Source: Candidatus Eiseniibacteriota bacterium
GTDB lineage: Bacteria; Eisenbacteria; RBG-16-71-46
Assembly: GCA_963717935.1 (NCBI GenBank)
Contig: CAVQXP010000004.1
Location: 352,001 to 416,000 of the forward strand
Length of the DNA: 64,000 nt
Direction of reading: 5' to 3'
Position numbers and translations under genes: made by a program. The stretch's first letter is position 1. Every line of letters begins with the position of its first letter. The notes below the pieces were generated by a model. That model did not search any database and was not told the origin of the DNA. It was given only the letters and a program-made list of their open reading frames with translations. Shown here in pieces: positions 34,537-45,289 of the stretch.

Positions 34537-36594
34537 CTACGCGGCCAGCGCGGGACGATCGCCGTCGAGGATGTCGCGCACCTTGTGCGCGAGCGCTTCG
34601 GGGCTGAAGGGCTTCTGCAGGAACCAGGTCCCTGCCTCGAGCAGGCCGCCGCTCACGAAGGCGTCGTTGGCATAGCCGGACACGTAGAGCACGCGGGCCT
34701 CGGGACGGCGGCGCACGAACTCCTGCGCCAGTTCCCGGCCGCTGCGACCCGGCATGACGACGTCGGTGACGAGCAGCGCGATGGGCTCCTCGCAGCCTTC
34801 CTCGATCTCCAGCGCCTCCCGTGCGTCGCCCGCGACCAGCACGCGGTAGCCGTGTTCGACGAGCACTTCCGCTTCGAAGGCACGCACGGCTTCCTCGTCC
34901 TCGACGACCAGCACGGTCTCCCGACCGGCCGGAGCCGCCGCCGGGGCGGGTGCCGCCTCGCCCGCGACAGCGACCGGCTCGACCCGTGGCAGGTAGATGC
35001 GGAAGGTCGCGCCCCGGCCCGGCTCGCTCTCCACCTGGATCGCGCCGTCGCTCTGCTGGACGATCCCGTACACGGTCGCGAGCCCCAGGCCCGTTCCCTT
35101 TCCGATCTCCTTGGTCGTGAAGAAGGGCTCGAAGATGCGGGCCCGCGTCGCGGCGTCCATGCCACAGCCGCTATCGCTGACCGCGAGCATCACATGCGGC
35201 CCCGATCGCAGCGCGGCGTCGATCCCGCGCGGGGCCGCGTCCAACTCCACGTCGGCGAGCTCGATGGTGAGCATGCCGCCATCGGGCATGGCATCGCGCG
35301 CATTGATCGCCAGGTTCATGACGACCTGCTCGATCTGGCCGGGGTCGGCCTTGACGTGCCCGAGGAGGGGGGCGCGCGGCGTGTTCAGGAGAACGTGCTC
35401 GCCCAGCAGGCGCGAGAGCATCGCCGTCATGCCCTGCACCACGTCGTCCAGGTTCAGCACCCTGGGCTCGAGCACCTGCTTGCGGCTGAACGCCAGCAAC
35501 TGGCGCGTGAGCGAGGTCGCGCGCGCAGCGGCCCGGTGGATCTCCCGGACCCTGCCCAGGTCCGGGACCCGGTCCGCAAGGGAGCGGAACAACAGCTCGC
35601 AGTAGCCGGTGATGACGGTGAGCAGGTTGTTGAAGTCGTGAGCCACGCCACCCGCGAGCTGGCCGACGGCCTCCATGCGCTGCGTCTGCCGGAACTGCTC
35701 CTCGAGACGGCGGCGCTCGGTGACGTCGTTCGCGAGCACCATGACCGCGGGCCGGCCGTAGAAGCATAGCGGGTTCCCCAGGGTCTCGACGTCGATGAGC
35801 GTGCCGTCCTTCTTGCGGTGCCGGAACACGCCCGGCCGCAGGGGCCCGTCCGCGAGCCGGCCCATCAACTCGAGCAGCGCCTGCACCTCCTCGGGCGGAC
35901 GGATGTCCACGGCGGTCATGGCGAGGAACTCCTCACGCGACCAGCCGTAATGGTCCACGGTGGCCTGGTTGACCGCCAGGAACGCGAACGTCGCCCGGTC
36001 GAACACCCACATGGGCTGCGGGTTCGCGTCGAAGAGCAGCCGGTAGTGCTCCTCCGAGCAGCGCAGGGCCTCCTCCGCCCGCCGCAGGCCCGTGACGTCG
36101 CGGATGATGCAGAGCATGCGGCCTTCCGGCAGGCGCACGAGGCGCGCGTCACGATGCCGCTCCTCCCCGTCGAACGTGATCCTGTAATCGAGCTGCTCCT
36201 GCGTCGAACCCGCCCGCATGCGCTCGAGAGCCTCGCGGAAGCGCGCCTGCATGGCCCCGGGCGCGATGTCCACGAGGGGCCGTCCCACCACGTCGTCGGG
36301 GGCGTAGGTCTTCATCGCGTCCGGGCACGCGGGGGGACGGTAGGAGAGGATGCGCCCGTCGACATCCAGCGTGATGAAGAGGTCCGGCAACGCCTGCAGC
36401 ATGCCACGCAGCTCGGCATTCGCGCGCAGCAGTTCGTCGGAGGAGAGTTCGAGGGAGCGCTCGAGCAGCGCGCGGCCGGTCTCGAAGCGCTGGTACGCCT
36501 CGTCGACCGCCCCGAGCAGGCCCTCCAGTCCGGGGGGCGGTTCGCCCCCGGCAAGGTGGGCGCGCAGTTGACGCTGCAGGAGGCGGGAGGTCAC
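34537..36594 (-). CDS. PAS-PAS hybrid sensor histidine kinase/response regulator
   Basis: LERSLELSS.EL, two PAS domains, GGVAHDFNNLL, FEPFFTTK..GKGTGLGL and TDVVMP receiver; start approximate. Confidence 0.93.
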   Translation of the reverse strand: MTSRLLQRQLRAHLAGGEPPPGLEGLLGAVDEAYQRFETGRALLERSLELSSDELLRANAELRGMLQALPDLFITLDVDGRILSYRPPACPDAMKTYAPDDVVGRPLVDIAPGAMQARFREALERMRAGSTQEQLDYRITFDGEERHRDARLVRLPEGRMLCIIRDVTGLRRAEEALRCSEEHYRLLFDANPQPMWVFDRATFAFLAVNQATVDHYGWSREEFLAMTAVDIRPPEEVQALLELMGRLADGPLRPGVFRHRKKDGTLIDVETLGNPLCFYGRPAVMVLANDVTERRRLEEQFRQTQRMEAVGQLAGGVAHDFNNLLTVITGYCELLFRSLADRVPDLGRVREIHRAAARATSLTRQLLAFSRKQVLEPRVLNLDDVVQGMTAMLSRLLGEHVLLNTPRAPLLGHVKADPGQIEQVVMNLAINARDAMPDGGMLTIELADVELDAAPRGIDAALRSGPHVMLAVSDSGCGMDAATRARIFEPFFTTKEIGKGTGLGLATVYGIVQQSDGAIQVESEPGRGATFRIYLPRVEPVAVAGEAAPAPAAAPAGRETVLVVEDEEAVRAFEAEVLVEHGYRVLVAGDAREALEIEEGCEEPIALLVTDVVMPGRSGRELAQEFVRRRPEARVLYVSGYANDAFVSGGLLEAGTWFLQKPFSPEALAHKVRDILDGDRPALAA

Positions 36595-36604
36595 GGGCAC
36601 CGGG

Positions 36605-37738
36605 CTAGCGCTCCGCGAAGGTCGTGACGACCATGGTCTGGTTCTGCAGCTCGAGCCCGGCGCCCGTGGCCAGGGGCGCGATCTCGCCGTAGGAGTAGAA
36701 ACCGGCCAGCGCCGGGCGCGTCCCCAGCGTCTCCCGCACGTCCTCGACCTCTTCCTCGACGCGCTCCTCGAGCACGAGCTTCCGTCCGGCGCAGGAGACG
36801 AGCAGGGCCAGGTCCGGCTCCCCTGCGTCGAGCCCCTCGCGCGCCGCACGCGCCGCACCCGCGGCGCCCTCGAGCAGTCGCTCGGGGCTCGCCATCATGA
36901 GCCGCGCGTAGGCGCCCTCCGGCATGTCGCCGGCGAAGGTCACGCTCTGCGCGGCCTCGTCGATGCCGAGCACGGCGCGCGCCACGCCCTGCGCGCCGTC
37001 CGGTGTGCGCAGGACCAGGGGGAACATGAGACCGGTCCCGGGCAGGCCGCTCGCGTGCTCGCCGAGGTACTTCTTGTAGAGCACGAGCACGGGCTGCCCA
37101 TCCACCTCGTAGAGCACCCGCCCGCTCGAGCGCGTGATGAGCCGCTCGGGCCCGAAGGCCCCCCAGCCACCCATGCAGCCGTGGCCGACCGCGAGGCGCT
37201 CGCCGTAGAAACCGAGGATCGCCGCGGTGCCCGGGCCGGCCTCGCCGTCCATCACCACCGAGGTGCGCTGGAAGCGGTTGCCGTCGCCCACGAGCCCGCC
37301 GGTCACGGCCACGTGCGCGGGCAGCCCGGCGCGCAGACCATGCGCGAACTCGGTGCCGTTGACCGCCAGCCCGTCGGCGAGGACGAAGGCGTGGCACAGC
37401 CCCTCGGATGGAAGGGCGGCAGCGAGCCGCCGGCCCGCCGCGTTGGAGTCGCTCCCGAGCAGGACGAGCGCGCCTTCGACACGGGCGTGCTCGAAGTGCA
37501 CGGCCGTGGCGACGAGCGTCTCGTCCGCGACGCGCGTGTCGCAGATCTCCCCGGCGGTCGAACCCCCGAGGATCCGTGCGGCGGGGTAGGCGCGGCGCAC
37601 GTCGTCGAGCGGTGGGCCGCCCCGCAGGACGGTCTCGCCGGCGAACACGAGCACGAGCTGCGGAGCGTCGCGCATCCGGCCAGGGGCGTGGGGCTCCCAG
37701 CCGCCGGCCTGCGTCCAGCGGACCTGCTCGATCACCAT
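36605..37738 (-). CDS. FIST N/C domain (NosP-like) sensory protein
   Basis: G.STAGEI, DGL.VNG, TGG..GD, LVSC.GR, GFYSYGEI and NQTM motifs. Confidence 0.93.
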   Translation of the reverse strand: MVIEQVRWTQAGGWEPHAPGRMRDAPQLVLVFAGETVLRGGPPLDDVRRAYPAARILGGSTAGEICDTRVADETLVATAVHFEHARVEGALVLLGSDSNAAGRRLAAALPSEGLCHAFVLADGLAVNGTEFAHGLRAGLPAHVAVTGGLVGDGNRFQRTSVVMDGEAGPGTAAILGFYGERLAVGHGCMGGWGAFGPERLITRSSGRVLYEVDGQPVLVLYKKYLGEHASGLPGTGLMFPLVLRTPDGAQGVARAVLGIDEAAQSVTFAGDMPEGAYARLMMASPERLLEGAAGAARAAREGLDAGEPDLALLVSCAGRKLVLEERVEEEVEDVRETLGTRPALAGFYSYGEIAPLATGAGLELQNQTMVVTTFAER

Positions 37739-38033
37739 CGGGGCCTCCCTGCCGGGTTTGGTGTCGAAGGACACGTTACGCTTCCCTGCGCCCCGGAACG
37801 GGTGCTCGCGGCCCATGGAGCAGACGGCTGGCGCGACCGCACGCGGTGCTCGAAGGTTTTCGGCAACGGGGGGCCCGCGCTTGAGGCCGACGTCGAGGGT
37901 GGCCTCGGTCCCGGCGGCTGCCTGGGCCCGCGCAGGCGCCGTCCCATCCCGCGCGCAGGACTTGCCCACGGTCGGCCGGGTTGGTCGCCGCCCGGCCGCT
38001 CGTGGCACTCGGCGGCCGCGCCGCGGACGTCCT

Positions 38034-39065
38034 CTATCTCGTGGTCGTGACCGTGACGCGCACGCTCATGCCCGGACGCAGCGGGCGCACGGGGTCGTTG
38101 GGCTCGTCGAGCCCGACCCGCACCGGGATGCGCTGGACGACCTTGGTGAAGTTGCCCGTGGCATTGTCGGGCGGCAGCAGCGAGAACTTCGCGCCCGTCG
38201 CCGGGCTCAGGTTCTCGACGTGGCCGCGGTACCGCGTCCCAGGGTACGAGTCCACCGTGATCTCGACCTTGTCACCGGGCAGGACGTTCCGCACGGTGGT
38301 CTCCTTGAGGTTGGCGACCACCCACACGTCGTGCAGCGGCACCACGCTCATGAGCGGCTGCCCGGCCTGCACGTACTGGCCCACTTCGACCGACTTCCTC
38401 GTCACCACGCCGCCCTCGGGCGCGGTGATGAGCGCGTAGGAGAGCACCAGCGCCGCCTGGTCGCGCGCCGCCTTCGCGGCCGTGACCCGGCTCTCGGCGC
38501 CGCGCAGCCCTGCGCTCGCGGCGAGCACCTGCTGCATCGTGGCCTGCAACTGGGCCTGCGACGAGGTCGCTGCGGCTTCGGCCGCGTCCAGTTGCAGGCG
38601 GCTGATGATGCCGCGCTCCGCGAGCGAGCGGTAGCGCTCCAGGTCGCTCGCGGCCCGGTGCGCGTTGGCCCGCGCCTGCTCGACCGCGGCCCGCGCCGCC
38701 TCCAGTTGCGCGGAGGCCTGCCCGGTCTCGCCGCTCCCGCCACCGACGGCGATCGCGGAGGCGAGGTCCGCCTCGGTCTGCGCGAGACGCGCCTCGAGGT
38801 CCCGCTCGTCGATGCGCGCCAGCACCTGGCCCGAGCGCACCTCGTGGTTGTCATCCACCTCGACCGCGGCGACGTAGCCGCTCACGCGGGACAGGACCGG
38901 GATGATGCGTCCCTCGACCTGCGCGTTGTCGTCGCCGATGTGCGTGCGCGCCCAGACCCACTGCCGCACGAGCAGCGCCGCGCCGGCAAGGACCACGAGG
39001 GCGATCACGCCCAATACGAGGCGCCGGCGCGACGGTCCCACGGCCACCCGCGCGCCCGTGCTCAT
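38034..39065 (-). CDS. EmrA/HlyD family efflux periplasmic adaptor
   Basis: D.AQV.G, RVSGYV, ANLKET and SPATGA.FSLLPPDNATGNFTKVVQRIPV motifs. Confidence 0.95.
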   Translation of the reverse strand: MSTGARVAVGPSRRRLVLGVIALVVLAGAALLVRQWVWARTHIGDDNAQVEGRIIPVLSRVSGYVAAVEVDDNHEVRSGQVLARIDERDLEARLAQTEADLASAIAVGGGSGETGQASAQLEAARAAVEQARANAHRAASDLERYRSLAERGIISRLQLDAAEAAATSSQAQLQATMQQVLAASAGLRGAESRVTAAKAARDQAALVLSYALITAPEGGVVTRKSVEVGQYVQAGQPLMSVVPLHDVWVVANLKETTVRNVLPGDKVEITVDSYPGTRYRGHVENLSPATGAKFSLLPPDNATGNFTKVVQRIPVRVGLDEPNDPVRPLRPGMSVRVTVTTTR

Positions 39066-40438
39066 CTCACCGTCCGGGCTACGCCGACCGCGCGCGCCAG
39101 CGCGATGCGCGCGGTCGCGGCCGCGGTGCGCGCGTCGATGAGCGCGTCGCGCCCGCGCAGCAGCGAGGACTGCGCGTTGATCACCTCGATGTTCCCGGCC
39201 ACGCCGCTCGCGAAGCGCTCGCGCGCCTGCGTCAGCTCCTCCTCGGCGAGTCGCAGCCTCTCCATCGCCACGCTCTCCTGCTCGAGCCCCGAGGAGACGT
39301 CGAGCGCGGCACCGAGCACCTCGGCCGCGACCTGCTGGCGGAGGTCGTGCTCGCGCACCTCCGACTCGCGTGCCATCGCGCTCTGCTCGGCGACACGGCC
39401 CTCACGGCGCAGCCCGTCGAAGATCGGCATCGAGGCCCCGAGCATGACCGCGCGCGTGGCCAGCGCGTCGGAGGAATGCGCCCCGCTGAGGCCGTAGTCC
39501 GCGCTGAAATCGACGCGCGGCAGCCGCTCGGCCTGGATGGCGCGTTTCTCCACGCCGGCGCGAGCGCGCCGCGAGCGCTCCGCGGCCAACTCCGGACGCT
39601 GCGCGAGCGCCAGCGTGATCGCGGCGTCGACCTCCGTCGGCGCCGCGGACGAGCCGAGGGTGGTCGAGAGCGTGTCGGAAAGGACGAAGCGGGCCGCCGG
39701 GTCGACACCCAGGGCCCGCGCCAGGTCGAGCGTGGCGCGCGCGGCCTGGTTCTGCGCCACCAGCCACGCCCCGCGCGCCGCGGCCTCCTGCGTGCGCGCG
39801 CGGATCACGTCGATGCGAGCCGCGGTGCCTGCCCGCACCTGGTCCTCGGCGAGCGACGCGAGCTGCCGCGCGAGGTCGAGGTCGGCGTCGCGAGCCGACA
39901 CCACGGCGGCCGCGCGCGAGGCCCGCACGTAGGCCAGCGCGGCCGTCTGCGCCGCGGTCTCGGCGCTTCCACCCGCCTCGGCGCGGCTCACGCCCACGCC
40001 GAGGCCGGCGGAGCGCAGCCGCAGCCACGAGGCCACATCGAACAGGGGCTGCGAGGCCCGCAGCCGCGCGTCCACCTGGTTCACGGGACCGACGAGATCC
40101 GCGATCGAGAGACCCGGGATCGCCGGGAACGAGATGCCCATCGCCTTGAAGGAGTAGGTGCGCTCCAGCGAGAACGCCGAGCCCGAGAACGTGGGCAGCA
40201 GCGCGGCGCGCGCCTGTCCGCGGCGGGCCTCGGCCTCGGTCGTCCGCAGCGCGGCCATCTGCACCGCGGGCGTGCTGCACGCCGCGATCGACACGGCCTG
40301 TTCGAGCGACATCGAGGCGGCCGCGCCCCCGGACGCCTCGGGCGTCCCGGCGGGCGTCGGGCCGGTGGCGCGCACCGCCGCCGGCGCGAGGGCTCCCGCC
40401 AGCAGGACGGCGACGGCCATGAGCCTGGACCTGTGCAT
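39062..40438 (-). CDS. TolC family outer-membrane efflux protein
   Basis: Signal peptide; SLEQAV..A, LP...S..QPLFD, RPEL, PIFDG and ERF.SG motifs. Confidence 0.92.
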   Translation of the reverse strand: MHRSRLMAVAVLLAGALAPAAVRATGPTPAGTPEASGGAAASMSLEQAVSIAACSTPAVQMAALRTTEAEARRGQARAALLPTFSGSAFSLERTYSFKAMGISFPAIPGLSIADLVGPVNQVDARLRASQPLFDVASWLRLRSAGLGVGVSRAEAGGSAETAAQTAALAYVRASRAAAVVSARDADLDLARQLASLAEDQVRAGTAARIDVIRARTQEAAARGAWLVAQNQAARATLDLARALGVDPAARFVLSDTLSTTLGSSAAPTEVDAAITLALAQRPELAAERSRRARAGVEKRAIQAERLPRVDFSADYGLSGAHSSDALATRAVMLGASMPIFDGLRREGRVAEQSAMARESEVREHDLRQQVAAEVLGAALDVSSGLEQESVAMERLRLAEEELTQARERFASGVAGNIEVINAQSSLLRGRDALIDARTAAATARIALARAVGVARTVR

Positions 40439-40820
40439 ACAGGACCTCCGCGCCCGCCGCCCGGCCCACGCTTCGGACCGGCACCGGACGCAACGCAGAA
40501 AGAGTTGGAGCGGGACTGTCAGACGCGAGGCCGGCCTCGGGGCCGGGGCCCGGAGCAGGCCCGCCACCGGATAGTACGCAGCATCCGCACGGAATCCTAA
40601 CGCCTCCCCTGGCGCCCGGCCGGGCGCGTCGCCCCCGGCGGCACGGCACGTTCCGGTTCCGCACGCGGACACGACCGCACGCGCCGGCGCTGCGAACCTG
40701 GAGGAGGATGACACCGGACGCAGCACCCGGAGGCCTGCGCGTTGCGCGCTCCCCGCCGCGCACCTACACTGCCGCGGTCGCTTGCCGTGGCCGCGCGCCC
40801 ACCCTCACCCCAACGACCTC

Positions 40821-42251
40821 ATGCTCGAAGCCCCATCCGGACTCTCCGACCTCGTCCCCCGCGAACTCGCCGCCGAGTTGCTCGAACTGGGTCGCGCACA
40901 GGGCGCCGAGTTCGCCGAGGTCTACGCCGAGCACACCGTGGTCTCCGCCTTCACGCTCGAGGAGCGCCGCATCCGTTCGTCGGAGCACTCGCGCGGCCAG
41001 GGCGTGGGGGTGCGCGCGATCCACGGCGAGCAGACCGGCTACGCCTACGCCGACGGCTTCGACGCCGGGGACCTGCGCGAGGCCGCCCGCGTCGCGGCCC
41101 GCATCGCGCGCGACCGCGGCCCGGGCGGGCCGCCACGCGCCTTCGCCGTCGTGGACGCCCCGGCGCCCTTCACCCTCGCCGCGCCCGTGACGCTCACGCT
41201 CGACTCGGCCCGCAAGGTGGAGATGCTGCGCCGCGCCGACGAGGCCGCACGCGGGCACGACGGCCGCATCCACGAGGTCTCGGCCGGCTTCGCCGATTCC
41301 TCGAAGAGCTACCTGGTCGCCAACAGCGACGGGTTGTGGGCCGAGGACCGGCACTTCCTCGCGCGCCTCGCAGTCACGGCCTTCGCCACCGAGGGCGAGG
41401 TGCGCCAGCATGGCTACTTCACGGGCGGTGGGAGTGTCGAGGCTTCGTACTTCGAGGACCAGCGCACGCCCGAGCAGATCGCGCTCGAAGCGGCGGGCGT
41501 GGCGGTCACGCTGCTGCGCGCCGAGGAACCCCGGGCCGGCACCTACCCGGTCGTGGTCGCTCCGGGCTGGGGTGGCGTGCTCGTGCACGAGTGCTTCGGG
41601 CACGGTATGGAGGGCGACGTCATCCGCAAGCAGTCCTCGATCCGCGCGTCCCAGATGGGGCGGTTGGTCGCCGCCCGAGGCGTGACCATCGTGGACTCGG
41701 GCCTGGTGCCGTTCTCGCGCGGCTCCTTTCGCGTGGACGACGAGGGCACGCACGCCCAGCGCACCGTGCTGGTCGAGGACGGCGTGCTGGTCGGCTACCT
41801 GTGGGACCTGCTGAACGCGCGGCTCACCGGGAACCGCCCCACCGGCAACGGCCGGCGCGCATCGTACCGCGACTACCCGCTGTGCCGCATGACCAACACC
41901 TTCATCGAGGCCGGGCCGCACCCGCCCGCGGACCTCATCGCCTCGGTTCCCCGCGGGCTCTACTGCAAGAACCTGGGCGGCGGCTCGGTCAGCCCGGCGG
42001 ACGGCAACTTCTCGTTCCAGGTCACCGAGGCCTGGCGCATCGAGGACGGCCGGCTCGTCGCTCCGGTGCGCAACGCCACGCTCACCGGCAACGGCGACGA
42101 CGCCATGCTCAAGATCGACGGCGTGGGCAACGACCTGCGGATCGAGGGCAGCACCGGCTCGTGCGGCAAGGACGGCCAGTGGAAGCCCGTGGGCGTGGGC
42201 CAGCCCACCGTGCGCTTCACCGGGATCACCGTGGGGGGCACGGGCACGTGA
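40821..42251 (+). CDS. tldD: TldD metalloprotease subunit
   Basis: G.GVRA, HECFGHG.E.D, DDEG, GNGRR, RMTNT and CGK.GQ..PV..G.P motifs. Confidence 0.93.
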   Translation: MLEAPSGLSDLVPRELAAELLELGRAQGAEFAEVYAEHTVVSAFTLEERRIRSSEHSRGQGVGVRAIHGEQTGYAYADGFDAGDLREAARVAARIARDRGPGGPPRAFAVVDAPAPFTLAAPVTLTLDSARKVEMLRRADEAARGHDGRIHEVSAGFADSSKSYLVANSDGLWAEDRHFLARLAVTAFATEGEVRQHGYFTGGGSVEASYFEDQRTPEQIALEAAGVAVTLLRAEEPRAGTYPVVVAPGWGGVLVHECFGHGMEGDVIRKQSSIRASQMGRLVAARGVTIVDSGLVPFSRGSFRVDDEGTHAQRTVLVEDGVLVGYLWDLLNARLTGNRPTGNGRRASYRDYPLCRMTNTFIEAGPHPPADLIASVPRGLYCKNLGGGSVSPADGNFSFQVTEAWRIEDGRLVAPVRNATLTGNGDDAMLKIDGVGNDLRIEGSTGSCGKDGQWKPVGVGQPTVRFTGITVGGTGT

Positions 42252-43636
42252 GCGGCGCGGCCCGCGAAGGCGCGCCGCTCGACGCGGCAGCGCTCCTGCG
42301 CCTCGGCACGGAGACCGTGGAGCGCGCGCGGCGGGCGGGTGCCGACCACGCCGAAGCCTGCCTGGAGAGCCTGCGCTCCTTCACCGTGCGGGTGAACGGC
42401 GGCGCGATCGAGAGTCTCAAGCAGAGCGTGACGCGCGGGCTCGGCCTGCGGGTGCTGGTGGGCGGGGCGCAGGGTTTCGTCTCGAGCACCGACCTCACGC
42501 CCGGCTCGCTGGACGAACTGGCCCGCCACGTGGTGGCGCTGGCGCGCTTCTCCACGCCCGACGAGGCCAACGTCTTCCCCACCCCCGCGGACGCCGGCGA
42601 CGAACCGCTGCCGGACCTCGAGCTCGTGGACCCGGCGCTGCTGGCGTGGCCCGCCGAGCGCAGGATCGAGATGGCACTCACGCTCGAGCGGGTCGCACTC
42701 GGGTGCGACCCGCGGATCCACCGCACCGACGGCGCCGGCGTCTCTGCGCGCGACGGGCACGCGGCCCTGGTGAACTCGAGCGGCCTGGCGCGCTCCTCGT
42801 CCGGCACGACGGTGAGCGCGCACGTGGTGCCGCTCGCCGACGACGGCAAGGGCAAGCAGCAGGCCGGCTGGTACGGCATGGTCAAGTGCCGGCTCGACGA
42901 ACTCGAGGCCCCCGAGGACATCGCGCGCGAGGCCGCACGCCGCGCCGTCGCGCGCATCGGCGCGCGCCAGGTCCCCACCGCGCGCGTGCCGGTGATCCTC
43001 TCCCCCGACATCGCGGCGGCCTGGATCGGAGAGATGCTCGAGGCCTTCAGCGGCGAGGCCCACCTCAGGCGGACCTCGTGGCTCACGGACCGGCTGGGCG
43101 AGACCCTCGCCGCGGAGGCGGTGACGCTGGTGGACGACGGGCGGATGCCGCGCGCGATCGGCAGCGAGCCCTTCGACGGCGAGGGGATGCCGACGCGACG
43201 CAACGTGCTGATCGAGCGCGGGCGCTTCGCCACCATCCTCTACGACGTCTATCACGCGCGACGCTGCGGCACGCGCTCGACCGGCAGCGCCGTGCGCGGC
43301 TACTCCTCGACGCCCGGCATCGGTTCGCACAACCTCTACATCGAGGCCGGCGCCGAGAGCCCCGAGACCATCCTGGCGCGGGTGGACCGCGGTTTCTACA
43401 TGGACGACCAGGGTTCGTACGGATTCAACTCCACCACCGGCGACTACTCCTTCCAGGCGCAGGGCTTCTGGATCGAGCGCGGCGCGAAGGCCTTCCCGGT
43501 CGAGGGCGTGACCGTCGCCTCGAATTCGCTGGAGATGCTCCGGAACGTGGCCGCGGTGGGGAACGACCTCCGCTTCCTCGGCAGCGTCGCCAGCCCCACG
43601 CTGCTCATCTCCGAGATGACCATCAGCGGAGGGTAG
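42248..43636 (+). CDS. pmbA: PmbA/TldE subunit
   Basis: GLGLRV...G, PFDGEG, STGSA, N.TTGDYS and SPTL motifs; lacks HExxH; GTGA coupling. Confidence 0.9.
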   Translation: MSGAAREGAPLDAAALLRLGTETVERARRAGADHAEACLESLRSFTVRVNGGAIESLKQSVTRGLGLRVLVGGAQGFVSSTDLTPGSLDELARHVVALARFSTPDEANVFPTPADAGDEPLPDLELVDPALLAWPAERRIEMALTLERVALGCDPRIHRTDGAGVSARDGHAALVNSSGLARSSSGTTVSAHVVPLADDGKGKQQAGWYGMVKCRLDELEAPEDIAREAARRAVARIGARQVPTARVPVILSPDIAAAWIGEMLEAFSGEAHLRRTSWLTDRLGETLAAEAVTLVDDGRMPRAIGSEPFDGEGMPTRRNVLIERGRFATILYDVYHARRCGTRSTGSAVRGYSSTPGIGSHNLYIEAGAESPETILARVDRGFYMDDQGSYGFNSTTGDYSFQAQGFWIERGAKAFPVEGVTVASNSLEMLRNVAAVGNDLRFLGSVASPTLLISEMTISGG

Positions 43637-43643
43637 GGCCGGC

Positions 43644-45275
43644 ATGTCCATGGTACGGGCCACGGCGGGCGCGCTCGGCATCCAGCGCCCCGACAACAAG
43701 TGGCTGGTGGCCGCCTCGATCTCCTTCGGCGCCATCATGGCCACGATCGACATCTCGATCGTGAACGTGGCGCTGCCGCAGATCCGCGGCTCGATCGGCG
43801 CCTCGATCGACCAGATGACCGCGCTCGGCACCTCGTTCGCCATCGCGCAGGTCATCGTCATGCCGCTCACCGCGTTCCTGGGGCGCTTCCTCGGGCAGAA
43901 ACGGGTCTATCTCTTCTGTCTCGGGCTCTTCCTCGTGGGCTCCATGCTCTGCGGCCTGGCGCACACGCTCCCCCAGCTCATCGCCGCCCGCGCCCTGCAG
44001 GGATTCGGCGCCGGCGCGCTCCAGCCCAGCCAGATGGCGATCCTGCGGCAGACCTTCCCGCCGAAGGAGCAGGGCATGGCGATGGCCGTGGTCGGCATGG
44101 TGATCGTGATCGGCCCGGCCATCGGCCCCGCGCTGGGCGGGTGGATCGTGGACAACTGGTCGTGGCCCTGGATCTTCTACATCAACCTGCCGGTCGGCAT
44201 CGTCGGAATCCTCGCGACCAGCCGCTTCGTGCACGAGCCCGAGGACATCCGGACCGCGAACCGCGCGCAGGCCGAGGTCATGCGCCGGAACCTCGACTGG
44301 CAGGGCATCGCGTACATGAGCGTCGGCCTGGCCGCCCTCCAGTACGTGCTCCAGGAGGGGAACCGCAACGACTGGTTCGACTCCAAGACGATCACGCTGG
44401 CGGCCATCCTGGCGGTGACGGGGATCGTCGCCTTCATCGTGCAGGAGCTGCGCGCGACGGCCCCGGCGGTGAACCTCCGCCTCTTCCGCGACCCCACGTT
44501 CACCTCCGCCACGATCATCGGCGGCATCATGTTCGCGAACCTGATGGCGAACATGTTCCTGCTGCCGGTCTTCATGCAGGAGCTGCTCGGGTTCACCGCG
44601 CTCAAGTCGGGCCTGGCGCTCATGCCGCGCGCCCTGGTGATGATGGTCGCGACCCCCATCGTGGGGCGCATCTACAATCGCGTCTCGCCGCGCCTGCTGG
44701 TGGCCCTCGGCGTGATCTGCGTGGCCCTGGGCTCGCTCGACATGGGGCGCTTCACGCTGCAGACGAGCGACACGGGCATCATCGTCACGCTGCTCCTGCA
44801 GGGCGTGGGTTTCTCGCTGCTGTTCGTGCCGCTCACCACCGTCGCGCTGAGCCACGTCGCGCGCACGCAGCTCACCGACGCGAGTGGCCTGAACTCGCTG
44901 GTGCGGCAGTTCGGCGGCTCAGCCGGGCTGGCCATCTACGGCACGCTGCTCGAGCAGTACGGGGTGCGCGCCCGCGCCGCGCTGGCCGTGCACGTGGATC
45001 CCTACCGGCCCGAGGTGGCCCAGCGGCTCGAACTGATGACGCGGGGCATGATCAGCCACGGCATGGACGCGACCACCGCGAAGGCGGCGGCGTTGAAGGC
45101 GCTGGCCGGCACGGTCGCGCGCCAGGGCACGATGATCGCCTTCGAGAAGACCTTCATGCTCACCGGCTTCATGATGCTCACGCTGCTGGCGCTGGTGTTC
45201 TTCCTGCGGTCGAAGGACCACGAGACCCCGGGGCCGCCCGCGGCGGGACCGCCGCCGCCACATCCGGTGGACTAG
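43644..45275 (+). CDS. DHA2 (EmrB/QacA) MFS efflux permease
   Basis: D.SIVNVALP, RALQG.G.G, GPALGG and WPWIFYINLPVG motifs; 14 TMs. Confidence 0.95.
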   Translation: MSMVRATAGALGIQRPDNKWLVAASISFGAIMATIDISIVNVALPQIRGSIGASIDQMTALGTSFAIAQVIVMPLTAFLGRFLGQKRVYLFCLGLFLVGSMLCGLAHTLPQLIAARALQGFGAGALQPSQMAILRQTFPPKEQGMAMAVVGMVIVIGPAIGPALGGWIVDNWSWPWIFYINLPVGIVGILATSRFVHEPEDIRTANRAQAEVMRRNLDWQGIAYMSVGLAALQYVLQEGNRNDWFDSKTITLAAILAVTGIVAFIVQELRATAPAVNLRLFRDPTFTSATIIGGIMFANLMANMFLLPVFMQELLGFTALKSGLALMPRALVMMVATPIVGRIYNRVSPRLLVALGVICVALGSLDMGRFTLQTSDTGIIVTLLLQGVGFSLLFVPLTTVALSHVARTQLTDASGLNSLVRQFGGSAGLAIYGTLLEQYGVRARAALAVHVDPYRPEVAQRLELMTRGMISHGMDATTAKAAALKALAGTVARQGTMIAFEKTFMLTGFMMLTLLALVFFLRSKDHETPGPPAAGPPPPHPVD

Positions 45276-45289
45276 CCTGGACGATCAGG

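Noticed and set aside
37953..37968. Sigma54-like GG-N10-GC upstream of the FIST gene
   Set aside because: Weak match (GGGCAAG...GCGC), expected by chance at this GC content.
40699..41190. GGAGGAGG-ATG ORF (160 aa) overlapping tldD out of frame
   Set aside because: Poor SD spacing, low-complexity product, overlaps a well-supported gene.
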